DNA of 64,000 nucleotides from Pristiophorus japonicus (taxonomy: Eukaryota): assembly GCF_044704955.1 (NCBI RefSeq), contig NC_091991.1, positions 177,692,001-177,756,000 on the forward strand. The letters run 5' to 3'. Each line of letters starts with the position of its first letter. Positions within the stretch are counted from its first letter, which is position 1. A program made the position numbers and the translations under genes. The notes under the pieces were generated by a model, which was not told the DNA's origin, searched no databases, and saw nothing but the letters and a program-made list of their open reading frames with translations. Positions 1 through 12,733 of the stretch are shown here, piece after piece.

Positions 1-1320
1 CTGGAGGTTATCCTTGCATAACAGAATGATCCTGGAATAGTGAGAAGTTTTTGGCAGACAAGAGTAGGACCTGATAATGCTTTATGTGGTCCAGTCAGAT
101 CTGGTGGTGAATGGCTCATTCAGGTCCGTTCAGGTCTGCAACCCTTGGACTTGAGGGAGCAATGATGAGGGCCTTACCAGGGGTAACGGCCAGGATGACA
201 GAGAGTAATGGTTTTACTAGGGACTAGGGCATCAAAGGTGGTGGGGAGGGTGTTATTGAGCAGATCGGTAGCTGCAGAAATGTCATGGTGAATAAAGGGC
301 CAAAGGCTGGACAGTTGGGATTTCGTACATGCAGTTGTAAGAGAGTTTGCAAAGAGTTTTTTCCAGGAGCGGACACAGAAGGAAGTAGGTTTGGGTGGGG
401 GAAGGAGGATGTGGGTGGAAAGCGATACAAGGAAATGGTCAAAGATGGCCTTATCTACAAGTGACACGGTAGGAGTAGTGAGGCCACCAGGGTGGCCATG
501 AATATGGGTTGGGGCATTCACATGGAGGGAGAGATTAAGGGAGGATAGGAGGGTAGTGAACTCAGAGGAGAGAGAGCATGATGAATTGAGATGGAGGTTA
601 AAATCACAGAGAATGAGAAGTCATTCGATGCAGAGGCTGAGCGAAGAAAGCAGTGATGCTATCTCGGTGATAACATTTTTGTCATACTTGGGTGGGCAGT
701 ACAGAACGAGGATTTTAAATTAGAGGCGAGATGCTCAAAGGAGAACAAAGTACCAGAGGATTAGGGAGACAGACCAAGGTGTGATTTGGTGGTGAAAGCC
801 ACACCACCACCACGGTGGTCTGGGCGGAGCAAGTGGTGGAAGATATAGCCAGGCGGGGAGGTTTCATTTAAGGCTAAGGTGTCATCACCCCTCAGCCAAG
901 TTTCCGTCAGGGCCATGATAAGCTCATGGATGGCAAGGGCCTTGTTCAAACGTGAAACGGACGTTCTGCAGGGAGATGCGGAGATGGTTGGTGATGGCTG
1001 ATCCGCTGCCAGTGTCCACAGGGTGAGCGCTTGGAGGCGTTAGTTGGACAGGGAGGCGATTGGCCCCCCACAGGCACACTGGGTAGGAAGGTCAATGAGA
1101 GAGTAGGATGGGATTGCTACTCAAGAGGAGGCAGCGACAAGTGCCATGGTGGGCCCTTCGCAGGATGCCAAGAGAGGCACAGAGGGAAGCTGTAGCCTTA
1201 TCCAAGTGGGAATCATGCCTGGGACGGCAGTAGGAGAGTAGGAAGGTTGAAGATTAATTAAGGTTTGGGGTAGGGACCAGAGAGGTTCTGCCCCATTGTT
1301 GGTACAAGCTTTGCCCTGGA
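1..1320 (-). mobile_element. Degenerate L2-clade LINE fragment (APE endonuclease region of ORF2)
   Basis: Minus-strand ORFs 761..949 (ALTETWL...SPPGY...RGGGVA) and 174..521 (DHFLV...TTFDALVP) carry APE-endonuclease motifs typical of L2 ORF2; broken by frameshifts and stops. Confidence 0.75.
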
Positions 1321-1396
1321 TCTGGCCCTGTGCTATAACTGATCTGGATGCATGTGATGCCATCACTTCAGCGCACAAAATAAAGTTTTGAAACAA

Positions 1397-1840
1397 GAAA
1401 GACTTGCATTTCTATAGCACCTTTCACTACCACCGGACATCCCCAAAGCGTTTTACAGCCAATGAAGTACTTTTAGAAGTGTAGTCACACTTGTAATCTA
1501 GGAAACATGGCAGCTAATTTGCGCACAGCAAGATCCCACTTTCAGCAATGTGCTAATGACCAGATAATCTGTTTTAGTCTTGTTGATTGAGGGATAAATA
1601 TTGGCCAGAACATTGGGGATAACTTCCCTGCTCTACTTCAAAACAGTGCCATGGGATCTTTTATGTCCACCCGAGAGGACAAACGGGGCCTCGGTTTAAT
1701 GTCTCACCCGAAAGGCAGCACCTCCAACAGTACAGCACTGGGAGGGTCAGCCTAGATTTTTATGCTCCAGTCTCTGGAGTGGGACTTGAACGCACAACCT
1801 TCCAACAGAGGCAAGAGTGCTACGCACTGAGCCACGGCTC
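1397..1840 (-). mobile_element. tRNA-derived DeuSINE (SacSINE1/AmnSINE1-like)
   Basis: Reverse complement gives the tRNA-like head GCCGTGGCTCAGTG...GTTCAAGTCCCACTCCAG, the Deu-domain-like core (TTAAACCGAGGCCCC...TAAAAGATCCCATGGCAC) and an L2-like tail (AAAGGTGCTATAGAAATGCAAG); more than 10 copies in the window. Confidence 0.8.
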
Positions 1841-2266
1841 ACGTTGTTTTCTTTCCTTTCTGGGTATCATCTCCGAGCCGAGACAGTCTCTGCCAACAAA
1901 CCTATTGTTGAGCTCGGTATGTGCGAGATCAGCTTGGTGTGAATCGACCTTACTTCTCAATCCTTCCCGTGAACCAAGTCCCTACTCTCCTCCTCAGTTC
2001 AGCAAGATTGGGACCTGGCTATGTAAGTAATCACACCACTGCATAAACTGAAGTGCTTTACAAAGCATCAACACACACAGATTCAGAGAATGACAACCAT
2101 GAGCACAGACAACAGTCTCTTATTATCAAAGAGTGTTTTGAACTGAAGGGATATTGTTTTGATTTGGTTTCACTATGTTACAAGGAAATAATGCATATAC
2201 TGTTGAGCAGTTTCACTTGAAAAGGTTAATCAAGTGGTCATGGCTAGCTTTGGACATCAATCCTAC

Positions 2267-2397
2267 CTGGAATAGGCATTCTTCTCCTTCAGCTGTCGGA
2301 GTTCTTTCTCCAGCTCGGGGATGCGAGCCAGATCTGACCGCATGTTCTTCACAATCACAGAATCCTGTTCCTGTTGAGTTATTTTATTCTCCAACTC
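2267..2397 (-). CDS. MAD1L1: MAD1L1 coding exon 6 (131 nt); gene continues beyond the left edge
   Basis: ctgcAG|...|GTagga boundaries; translates ELENKITQQEQDSVIVKNMRSDLARIPELEKELRQLKEKNAYS(R), matching human MAD1 [39 protein letters not shown] as recalled. Confidence 0.93.
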
Positions 2398-3151
2398 CTG
2401 CAGAATTAACAAACATTTATATCAAGGATTCTTCAGTTTTATTTATTCGCTCCCCATTTTTTTCTCCTCTTCTCCCCCAATGGTGTTTTTGGGAGTACCA
2501 TCTCATGGATGCCAGCAGCCCTTTTGGACTTGGTGCAAGCGGTCATTCTTCATGTGCAAACCGTGGCAGGCAACTCGAAACCAGGAGGTATCACTGCCAA
2601 GTCCAAATTGTTCTCACACACACACACACACACACACACTTTACAACAGTAGTCAGTGAATAACAACTGGAAGGACAAATTGTGGGTGACTTTTATCCAC
2701 TGCCTCAAGCCAGGGCACTGAGGCCAATGGAGGCTAACTGTACGCCCAGCCAATGTTCCCTCTATTTTTTGGGGGGGGCAGCCCCTTTCATGGGCTGGAC
2801 AGCCCATTCAGATTTTCGCACATGCACGCTTTTTTCCCATTTAAAAGTCGGTGAGCGGCCTGCACGGGATCTCCAGACCGCTGCACAACTTATTGGGAAT
2901 GTTGCCCTCAGCGGAGTAAAGCCTAATGGGAACAGAAACCTGGGGCTTTTATCCCACGTGGCTTATGTACTGCAAAAGGCGCTGCTCGAGTAAAATAGTC
3001 TTTATCGCAACATCGCACTTGAATCCCCCACCACCCCACCTCCTTTGGCACCTCAGTTGGTGATGCCCATTACGCATGTTCTTTGCAATGAATCACATAA
3101 CATCCTGCTGACTGTCCTGTGAACAGACAGACTGAACAAAGTGTTGCTCAC

Positions 3152-3233
3152 CTTCAATCTCTGCTCGTTCTCAGCATTGACCACTTGAGCTGCTTCCAGT
3201 ACCTGAGCCTTCTGCACAGCCTCCTGCCACTTC
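3152..3233 (-). CDS. MAD1L1: MAD1L1 coding exon 5 (82 nt)
   Basis: aacAG|...|GTgagc; KWQEAVQKAQVLEAAQVVNAENEQRLK vs human KCQEANQKIQELQASQEARADHEQQIK; phases are compatible with the flanking exons. Confidence 0.92.
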
Positions 3234-3555
3234 CTGTTCAGAAAAAGGAAACTAGACTTAGCCCTGGTAAAACAAGTTGGGGCAGAGAAAGGAAGAGAAA
3301 TACCAGAAGGAAAATACAGCCGCGAACTCCCAAGAACTAAAGGATTTCAACATAAAAGGATTTCCTTTTTGTTTACTTGCAGATTTTTTTCTCATTGGTC
3401 TATTAATCTCTGCCACTCTGCTTTGGAAAGATTTTAATATAGGAATACTACATCTCTCGGCCACACATACAAGGAGAACTCCAGTTCAATCTCCTTTTTA
3501 TGCGCTACTGACTGACCTCAGCCAGGACAAGACTAACACCCTACAGTCGATCACA

Positions 3556-3992
3556 GTCATCATCATAGGCAGTCCCTCGGAATCAAGGAAGACTTGCTTC
3601 CACTCTTAAAATCAATCCTTAGGTGGCTGAACAGTCCAATACAGACAGCCAGTCCCTGTCACAGGTGGGACAGATAGGTGTTGAGGGAAGGGGTGGGTGG
3701 GACAAGTTTGCCACACGCTCTTTCCGCTGCCTGCACTTGATTTCTGATGCTCTCGGCGATAAGACTCGAGGTGCTCAGCGCCCTCCCGGATGCACTTCCT
3801 CCACTTAGGGCCTTTGGCCAGTGACTCTCAGGTGTCAGTGGGGATGTTGCACTTATCAGGGAGGCTTTGAGGGTGTCCTTGTAATGTTTCCTCTGCCCAC
3901 CTGGGGCTCGCTTGCCGTGAAGGAGTTCCGAGTAGAGCGCTTGTTTTGGGAGTCTCGTGACGGGCATGCGGACAATGTGGCCTGCCCAGCAG
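3556..3992 (-). mobile_element. RTE-clade LINE 3' fragment
   Basis: ORF 3659..3967 has RLPKQALYSELLHGKRAPGGQRKHYKDTLKASL (RTE C-terminal region); 3' end GTGGAAGCAAGTCTTCC...GGGACTGCCTATGATGATG. Confidence 0.85.
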
Positions 3993-4319
3993 AGTATCCC
4001 TAGGTTAGGGAGGCGGAAATTGACTAGGGTTCCATTCCTGATTGTTATACCTCTACGGAAAATGATAAATCAGGTTCAGCTACGACGCCCTCGCCTTCTT
4101 GACACAACATCTTGGTTCACGCATGAATAATGGTCACTCAGGCGAGGCAGTGGAGGGCAACCCTACAATCAGATTCCAGTGATAGAGTCGATGCATTCAG
4201 CAAAAGTGAGAATCTTGTGGATGTCAAGTAAGGCTAGGATAAGGGGGTCGGCTGCAATCCCACACCGTCGCATAGCCTGATGACATTAACCGAAAATAAT
4301 GGGCAGTTTCTGAACTGGT

Positions 4320-4828
4320 ACATCATCATAGGCAATCCCTCAAACGAGGATGACTTGGTTCCACAAGATTTCACAGATGTTTCAATGAAGGACCCGATGT
4401 TCCAGTCCTGAACTCCAATCGAGGGGGTGGAAGATGCCTGTGCGTGGACTTTTATTAACATGTGGTGACCGTTGCACATCAGCCACCACACGGGCTTGAC
4501 AGAGCTAGGCCTTTTATCCAGTGGCAAGGATCAACCAGGACGACTGGAGATCTGCTCTGCTGCACGGACCTAGTGCGCACACATAGCGCAGTGTGGGCTG
4601 GGCCCGTGCTGCCTCTGGGCCCTCGGCTCTTCTGGACCCCGTACTCTCATTCGCCGCACTTTCTTCCACGATGTTCCAAGGCCCGGTGCTCCATCTCTAT
4701 TTATAGCCCCGACCTGCGGCCGTGTTCTCACACAGGTCGGGGCAACCCACAATGTTCCAGGGCCCGGTGCTCCATCTCTATTTATAGCCCCGACCTGCGG
4801 TGATGTTCTCGCAAAGGTCAGGGCGGCC
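4320..4828 (-). mobile_element. Non-autonomous element with an RTE-type 3' tail (RTE-dependent SINE-like)
   Basis: Shares the RTE terminal motif and (GAT)n tail but has a non-coding body repeated at about 23280, 25050, 27731, 37924 and 39150. Confidence 0.65.
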
Positions 4829-5130
4829 TACGGTGTGAACTCGTACAAGAAGATTAGTGACTTGCGCAAGATATTGGAGGGCTGCCAGTTCCATTGTAAC
4901 TGTACTCTAATATGAGTCAACACCATCAAGAGGTGGAGGAAGACAAAATGGTTGGGAGAGGGAAGATTTCTATTTTTAGAAAGGAACAATTTATGATTTT
5001 CTTCTCAGTCTCAAGAACTCCAATTACATCAAGAACTCTTTTGAACAGCAGAAGCAGAGATGCGGATGAAAGCAACCACTGCAGGGGTTTGTATCTGATG
5101 ATGCGTCCCCTGTTTTTTTTAAAAACATAC

Positions 5131-5255
5131 TTGCGTTGTACTTCCACTTGCTCGAGCAGCTCGTGACGCTCGGTGCTCGATGTTGCCAGCTGCATCTCCT
5201 GAGTCATCTGTTTCTGCTGCTGCTCTGATATCTTGGCCTTTAGGACATCAATCGT
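5131..5255 (-). CDS. MAD1L1: MAD1L1 coding exon 4 (125 nt)
   Basis: attcAG|...|GTatgt; TIDVLKAKISEQQQKQMTQEMQLATSSTERHELLEQVEVQR(K) vs human [42 protein letters not shown]. Confidence 0.93.
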
Positions 5256-5419
5256 CTGAATTGTAAGACAGAGAAAACACTGCCATTAGAGGAAACATTA
5301 AAACTGGAGAGTCATGTTCAAACTTTAATTTGCAAGCTATTAACTACGTCTTGCATTTCTTTAACCACTGCCAGTTTTGTACATTTTCAAGAGGCACAAT
5401 TGTTTTTAATGACCAGGTA

Positions 5420-6890
5420 TATAATGACCGGGATATAGGAAGCACAATTTTGATGTTTGCGAATGATACAAAACTTGGCAACGTGGTAAATAGTGAGCAT
5501 GACAGTAGCAGACTTCAGGAGGACAGCGACAGACTGGTGATATGGGCAGACACATGGCAGATGCAATTTAATCCAAATCAGTGTAAAGTGATGCACTTTG
5601 GGAGGAACAACATGGAGGCAGTACAATCTAAATGGCACTATTTTGAGGGGGTGAAAGAGCAGAGGGACCTAGGGTTGGATATTCACAAATCCTTGGAAGG
5701 TGGCTGGGCAAGTTCATAAGGTGGTTAAGAAAGTGTATGGGATACCTGGCTTTGTAAATAGGGGCATTGAATACAAAAACAAGGACGTTTGCTAAACCTT
5801 TACAAATTTCTAATTGGGCCTCAGCTGGAGTATTGTGCACAATTAACATATCATAAGAAATAGGAGCAGAAGTAGGCCATATGGCCCCTCGAGCCTGCTC
5901 CGCCATTCAATAAGATCATGGCTGATTTGATCATGGACTCAGCTCCACTTCCCCGCCCGCTCCCCATAACGTTTAAGAAACTGTCTATTTCTGTCTTACA
6001 TTTATTCAATGTCCCAGCTTCCACAGATCTCTGAGGCAGTGAATTCCACAGATTTACAACCCTCAGAGAAGAAATTTCTCATCTCTGTTTTAAATGGGCG
6101 GCCCCTTAGTCTATGATCATGCCCTCTAGTTCCTGTCTCCCCCATCAGCTGGAAACAGCCTCTCTGCATCCATCTTGTCAAGCCCCCTCATAATCTTATA
6201 CGTTTCGATAAGATCACAACTCATTCTTCTGAACTCCAATGAGTAGAGGCTCAACCTACTCAACCTTTCCTCATAAGTCAACCCCCTCATCCCCAGAATC
6301 AACCTAGTGAACCTTCTCTGAACTGCCTGCAAAGCAAGTATATCCTTTCGTAAATATGGAAACCAAAACTGTACACAGTATTCCAGCACCACACTTTAGG
6401 AAGGTTGTCAAGGTCTCTGAGAGGGTAGAGGAGGTTACCAGGATGATACCAGGCATGAGGGAGTTCAGTTATATGGAGAGATTGGGGAAGCTGGGATTGT
6501 TCTCCCTAGAGCAGAAAAGATTAAGGGCGATCTAATAGAGGTATTCCAAATTACGAGGGGGTTTGATAGAGCAAGCAGGGAGAAACTGTTTCCTCTGATA
6601 AATGGGTCGGTAACCAGAGGTTAGAGATTTAAAATAATTGGCAAAAGAGCTAGAGAGGAAATAAAGATACAATTTTTTCCCCAGAGGGTTATTAAAATCT
6701 GGAACTCACAACCTGACAGGGTGGTGGAAGAAGATTCCATAGGAACTTTCAAGGACAATTGGACATGTAGTTGAAGAGGAATAATTTGCAGTGAGAAACC
6801 TGGGGTGTGGGACTAAAATGGATAGAGATCCAGCACAGGAACGATGGGGCGAATGGTCACCTTCTGTGCTGTAATATTCTACGGTTCTAT
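5420..6890 (+). mobile_element. Old CR1 LINE 3' half, interrupted by a minus-strand CR1 at about 5846-6385
   Basis: ORF 5330..5719 FANDTKLG...WQMQFN; the host reading resumes at about 6386 (caccacactttaggaagg); nested element ORF 6126..6392 LEYCVQFW...RRFTRLI. Confidence 0.8.
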
Positions 6891-7123
6891 AAACTGTATT
6901 TGCATCCAATGTGCAAACTCTCTATCATATAAATGATAAATGTTTTATAATTGTTGATATTTCAAAGCAAATATGAAATAAGCAGAGCAATTCCTTGTTG
7001 TCAGCACTGCTGGAACAAAGGGTGGATAGTTATCTTAATAGGCACACAGCACATTAGGAGACAAGCATTTGCACTTAACAAGGCAGCTCCTATAGGGAAC
7101 GGGAACATCCCATAATAGGAACT

Positions 7124-9236
7124 ACATAGAAACATAGAAAATAGGTGCAGGAGTAGGCCATTCGGCCCTTCGAGCCTGCACCACCATTCAATAAGATCAT
7201 GGCTGATCATTCACCTCAGTATCCCATTCCCACTTTCTCTTCATATCCCTTGATCCCTTTAGCTGTAAGGGCCATATCTAACTCACTCTTGAATATATCC
7301 AATGAACTGACATCAACAACTCTCTGCGGTAGGGAATTCCACAGGCTAACAACTCTCTGAGTGAAGAAGTTTCTCCTCATCTCAGTCCTAAATGGCTTAC
7401 CCCTTATCCTTAGACTATGTCCCCTGGTTCTGGACTTCCCCAACATCGGGAACATTCTTCCTGCATCTAACCTGTCCAGTCCCATCAGAACTTTATGTTT
7501 CTATGAGATCCCCTCTCATCCTTCTAAACTCCAGTGAATACAGGCCCAGTCGATCCAGTCTCTCCTCATATGTCAGTCCTGCTATCCTGGGAATCAGTCT
7601 GGTGAACCTTCGCTGCACTCCCTCAATAGCAAGAACATCCTTCCTCAGATTAGGAGGCCAAAACTGAACACAATATCCCAGGTGAGGCCTCAACAAGGCC
7701 CTGTACAACTGCAATAAGACCTCCCTGCTCCTATACTCAAATTCCCTTGCTATGAAGGCCAACATACCATTTTCCTTCTTCACCGCCTGCTGTACCTGCA
7801 TGCCAACTTCCTAAAGACTGATGTACATGACACCCAGGTCTCGTTGCCTAATCTGCCGCCATTCAGATAATATTCTACCTTTGTGTTTTTGCCACCAAAG
7901 TGGATAACCTCACATTTATCCACATTATCCGACATCTGTCACCCGTTTGCCCACTCACCTAACCTGTCCAAGTCACCCTGCAGCCTTTTAGCATCCTCCT
8001 CACAGCTCACACTGCCACCCAGCTTAGTGTCATCTGCAAACTTGGAGATATTACACTCAATTCCCTCATCCAAATCATTAATGTATATTGTAAATAGCTG
8101 GGGTCCCAACACTGAGCCCTGCGGCACCCCACTGGTCACTGCCTGCCATTCTGAAAAGGACCCGTTTATCCCGACTCTCTGCTTCCTGTCTGCCAACCAG
8201 ATCTCTATGCACGTCAGTACATTACCCCCAATACAATGTGCGTTAATTTTGCACACCAATCTCTTGTGTGGGACCTTGACAAAAGCTTTTCGAAAGTCCA
8301 AATACACTACATCCACTGGTTCTCCCATGTCCATTCTACCAGTTTCATCCTCAAAAAATTCGCTAAGATTTGTCAAGCAGGATTTCCCTTTCATAAATCC
8401 ATGCTGACTTGGACCGATCCAGTTACTGCTTTCCAAATGTGCTGCTATTTCATCTTTAATAATTGATTCCAACATTTTCCCCACTACTGATGTCAGGTTA
8501 ACCGGTCTATAATTACCCGTTTTCTCTCTCCCTCCTTTCTTAAAAAGTGGTGTTACATTAGCTACCCTCCAGTCCATAGGAACTGATCCAGAGTCGATAG
8601 ACTGTTGGAAAATGATCACCAATGCATCCACTATTTCTAGGGCTACTTCCTTAAGTACTCTGGGATGCAGACTATCAGGCCCCGGGGATTTATCGGCCTT
8701 CAATCCCATCAATTTCCCTAACACAATTTCCCACCTAATAAGGATTTCTTTCAGTTCCTCCTTCCCACTAGACCCTCGGTCCACTAGTATTTCCGGAAGG
8801 TTATTCGTGTCTTCCTTCGTGAAGACAGAACCAAAGTATTTGTTTAACTGGTCCGCCATTTCTTTGTTCCCGATTATAATTTCACCTGAATCTGACTGCA
8901 AGGGACCTATGTTTGTTTTCACTAATCTTTTTCTCTTCACATATCTATAGAAGCTTTTGCAGTCAGTTTTTATGTTGCCAGCAAGCTTCCTCTCATACTC
9001 TATTGTCCCCCTCCTAATTAAACCCTTTGTCCTCCTCTGCTGTATTACAAAATTCTCCCAGTCTTCAGGTTTGCTGCTTTTTCTGGCCAATTTATATGCC
9101 TCTTCTTTGGATTTAACACAATCCTTAATTTCCCTTGTTAGCCACGGTTGAGCCACCTTCTCCGTTTTATTTTTACACTAGACAGGGATGTACAATTGTT
9201 GAAGTTCATCCATGTGATCTTTAAATGCAAAAAGAA
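7124..9236 (-). mobile_element. CR1 LINE, 5'-truncated, frameshifted RT
   Basis: ORF 7939..9156 with [35 protein letters not shown]; downstream ORFs 7493..7801 and 7216..7485; (TTTCTATG)n tail. Confidence 0.92.
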
Positions 9237-10194
9237 ACGGTTGGAAACAATTGCTCAGCAACTTCATAAATGAAAGACAATCTAAATACATTGTGTAGCA
9301 TGGTATTAAACCATATAAATCCAAGCGGATATTAGATTTGGTTCCTCGCCTGTGCCAAGTTAACTTTTCTGAGGGATATGTGGGGGGGGGGGGGGGGTTG
9401 GGGGGGGCGCAAGGGGAAAGCAGGAAAGACAAAAACAGGTCAGTGCTCCCACACCCGACTGCTATCTAGTGACTCACGTAGAAAGCGCACACATCAAACA
9501 GAATCGGGATCGGCTGTAATGCCTTCCATGGTTCAGTAATCCATCAACACCAACAACCAAAATTTAAAGAATGGCCTGTAATGCAAGATATCAGAGGGCA
9601 GCTGCACCTCACCTCCCCAAGACATTGCTTTCAGAAAATGAGAACGATGGGGAAAAGAGACAGGAAATGAAGGGCACTATGAATTTGCAACAATGACATG
9701 TCGTCCAGCCTAGTCCAACATTAACCCTAATCTCAGGCACAAGACCATATGCCCAATATTTTAATCGCATAAACTTGTAACTTTGAAAAGAGCAACAGCA
9801 GTTATGGTGTCCCAGTATTAGTGCACTGCATATTGAGCCGTTTTTGGTGAGGCACAAATTAGTTCAATGATTACGGACTAATTCAGTGAGCTTCCGTGCT
9901 TGATTAAAGCATCACATGTATTTGAGGGGAAAAATGATTTGAAACATCATTCAGTATTGCAAAGTTATTTAAATGGAAAGTTAATGTTCAAGCACAGAAT
10001 ATTTACAGATGAGTGGTCTGATGCACCAATGCAGGCATGGAAAAATAATTTTATTAATTGTGTAGGCAAGCATACTCTCCAGAAGTAATGTCAAAACCAT
10101 TTGGGACTTTATAAAGAACTTTCTTGTACTGTGCTGCATTACTAGGTTTCTACCACCAGAGGTCCTCAGTATCTATGCAAATAGTACAGATCCC

Positions 10195-10705
10195 TCGTGG
10201 CGTAAAATGGTTACTGCAGTACGAGCACTCTTGCCTCCCAAATCAGAAGCTTGTGGATTAAAGTCCCACTTCAAGAGATTTGAGCACAAAATCTATGTCA
10301 ACACTCCAGTTGAAATAGAATCAGCAGTTATGGTGTCCCAGTATTAGGGCACTGCATATTGAGGCATTTTTGGCAAGGCACAAACTAGTTCAATGATTAC
10401 TGTCATTCGGAGGAGGCGATAAACCGAGGCTCCATCTGCCCTTTCAAGTAAACGTAAAAGATACCATGACAAATTCAAAATAAACCAGGGGGAGTTCTCC
10501 CGGTGTCCTGGCCAATATTTATCTCTCAATCAACATCACTCAAACAGGATTATCTGGTCATTATCACATTGCTATTTGTGGAACCTTGCTGTGCGCAAAT
10601 TGTCTGCCGCATTTCCTACATTACAACACTTCAAAAAGTATTTCATTGGCTGTAAGGCGCTTTAGGATGTTGTTAAAGGCACTAGATAAAATAAGTCTTT
10701 CTTTA
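10195..10705 (+). mobile_element. DeuSINE copy carrying an internal insertion of local sequence
   Basis: Head, Deu core and tail are recognisable; 10322-10400 duplicates 9796-9874. Confidence 0.7.
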
Positions 10706-11162
10706 ATTTACTGCACAAATCCAACACTGTTACACTGGTATTTTCTGCAGATCTCAAACTGGTAGGATTTTCCACTCCCATGACAATTCCCAGCTTGTCC
10801 ATTTAGTGGTGTGCATTAACAAGATGGACTTTTGTTGCCACTCCATTGCCAATATTTCTGAAGGACAAGCAACAGCTTTCATTGTACACAACTCTGAAGA
10901 TTGTCACACCATGTCTCAAATTGCTCGTATGCTGCATGCCAACATGTTATTTTCTGAGCAAAATCTATTTAATCTGCATTTGAATGAATAAATATTAACT
11001 GCTTCCACCATCTCCCAAGAGACCCTGTTCCATAGATTGAACACTGCCTCACTGAAATATTGAATTTAGCCCCCTTCAAGCAGAGTGTCATGGAATTTTA
11101 AAAATAGCAATCACATCACCTTCTGTCCAGTGAGAACATGCCCAATTTAAATAATCGCTCCA

Positions 11163-11681
11163 CATACTTGCATTGGAGGCTGTTGAGAGAAGGTTCACTA
11201 GGTTGATTCCAGAGATGAGGGGGTTGACTTATGAAGATAGGTTGAGTAGGTTGGGCCTCTACTCATTGGAATTCAGAAGAATGAAAATTGATCTTATTGA
11301 AACATATAAAATAATGAGGAGGCTCCACAAGGTGGATGCAGAGAGGATATTTCCACTCATAGGGGAAACTAAAACTAGAACTAGGGGACATAGTCTCAGA
11401 ATAAAGGGCCGCCCATTTAAAACTGAGATGAGGGGGAATTTCTTCTCTGAGGTTTGTAAATCTGTGGAATTCTCTGTCCCAGAGAGCTGTAGAAGCTGGG
11501 TCATTCAACATATTTAAGGCGGAGCTAGACAGATTTTTGAGCAATAAGGGAATAAAGGGTAATGGGGAGCGGGCAGGGAAGTGGAGCTGAGTCCATGATC
11601 AGATCAGCCATGATCTTATTAAATGGCGGAGCAGGCTCGAGGGGCCAAATGGCCTACTCCTGCTCCTATTTCTTATGTTCT
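11163..11681 (+). mobile_element. CR1 LINE 3' fragment (TTCTTATG-tail family)
   Basis: ORF 11173..11517 RRFTRLIPEMRGLTYEDRLSRLGLYSLEFRRM; typical CR1 3' UTR hairpin and tail. Confidence 0.88.
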
Positions 11682-12084
11682 TTGAATCCAATCCCTCCAG
11701 TCCCTCAATCATTCTGGTTACCCTCTTCTGTATATTTTCAATAGCAGTTACATAAATTAAAGTTGCTGTTGGTGTTGGTAATGACATCGAGACATGAGAC
11801 GCATATCTTCAAACCGCTGAAAGGTAATTGTAGAACAGAAGAATTTCTTTCCTCAAACAGTAATCAACATGTGGAATGGACCTCTGCGTAGGTCAGAGGA
11901 GGTACAAACCTTAGAGTAATTTAACAGCCTGTCAAGCATGGTGATTACAGGGTACATTTATTTAAGCAAAGATGGGCAGAATGGTTTTTAAACTTGTGAT
12001 CTTACTAATCGCAAGAACTAAATCTGCTTTTAACCAATTCGCAAATTAAAACACTAATGATCCAAATTGGAGTTTGTACTTGTT

Positions 12085-12450
12085 CTTATTCTCATCCTGG
12101 TCTTCAAATTCCTCACTGACCTTGCCCCTCCCCATCTCTGTAACCTCCTCCAGCTCTACAACCTTCCGAGTACTCTGCGCAGAATCAATTCTAGCATCTT
12201 GTGCATCCCTCATTCCCTTCACCCCTCCATTAGCGGCCGTGCCTTCAACTGACTGGGCCCCACGCTCTGGAATTCCCTCCCCAAACCTCCCCATCTCTGC
12301 CTCTCCTCCTTTTTCTCATTAAAACCTACCTCTTTGACCAAGCTTTTGGTCTGCAGTGCGAATATCTCGGTGTGTCAAATTTTGTCTGATACCGCTCCGT
12401 AAAGTGCCTTGGGATGTTAAAGGTGCTATATGAATGCAAGTTGGTGTTGT
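12085..12450 (+). mobile_element. L2 LINE 3' end (further copies at about 17565, 39965, 44585, 49015, 50365, 54205 and, on the minus strand, 55670)
   Basis: Encodes the L2 C-terminal motif GRAF...LWNSLP and ends in AAAGGTGCTATATGAATGCAAGTTG. Confidence 0.75.
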
Positions 12451-12733
12451 GGCGAGTTCCCAGTCTCCACTATGCCATTGTGAGAAGCGCACTCCAGGCC
12501 TTTCCCTACATCGGAGCGTGAGTTACCCTAAGGCCCCTAACTACTGCTAATGGACAATGGTCAACAAGGTTGGAGTCAATAAAGAACGGCAAGAGGCGAG
12601 GAGAAAAATAGGGAAAATAAAATATGCTTTAAGAAAATAAATTCACTCATTTGGGATTTGGATTGGCAGTTTAGGTTTTATGCAGCTTGGAAGATTTTAG
12701 TTTTATAATTGTTGCACACAGTCAGTCCTTTAC

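Noticed and set aside
4671-4823. Repeat-spacer-repeat pattern resembling a CRISPR array
   Set aside because: Only two units within a eukaryotic retroposon; no cas genes; vertebrate context.
7883-8950. Recurrent antisense ORFs (MSSANLEIL..., MITNASTIS...) at many loci
   Set aside because: Antisense shadows of CR1 RT sequence.
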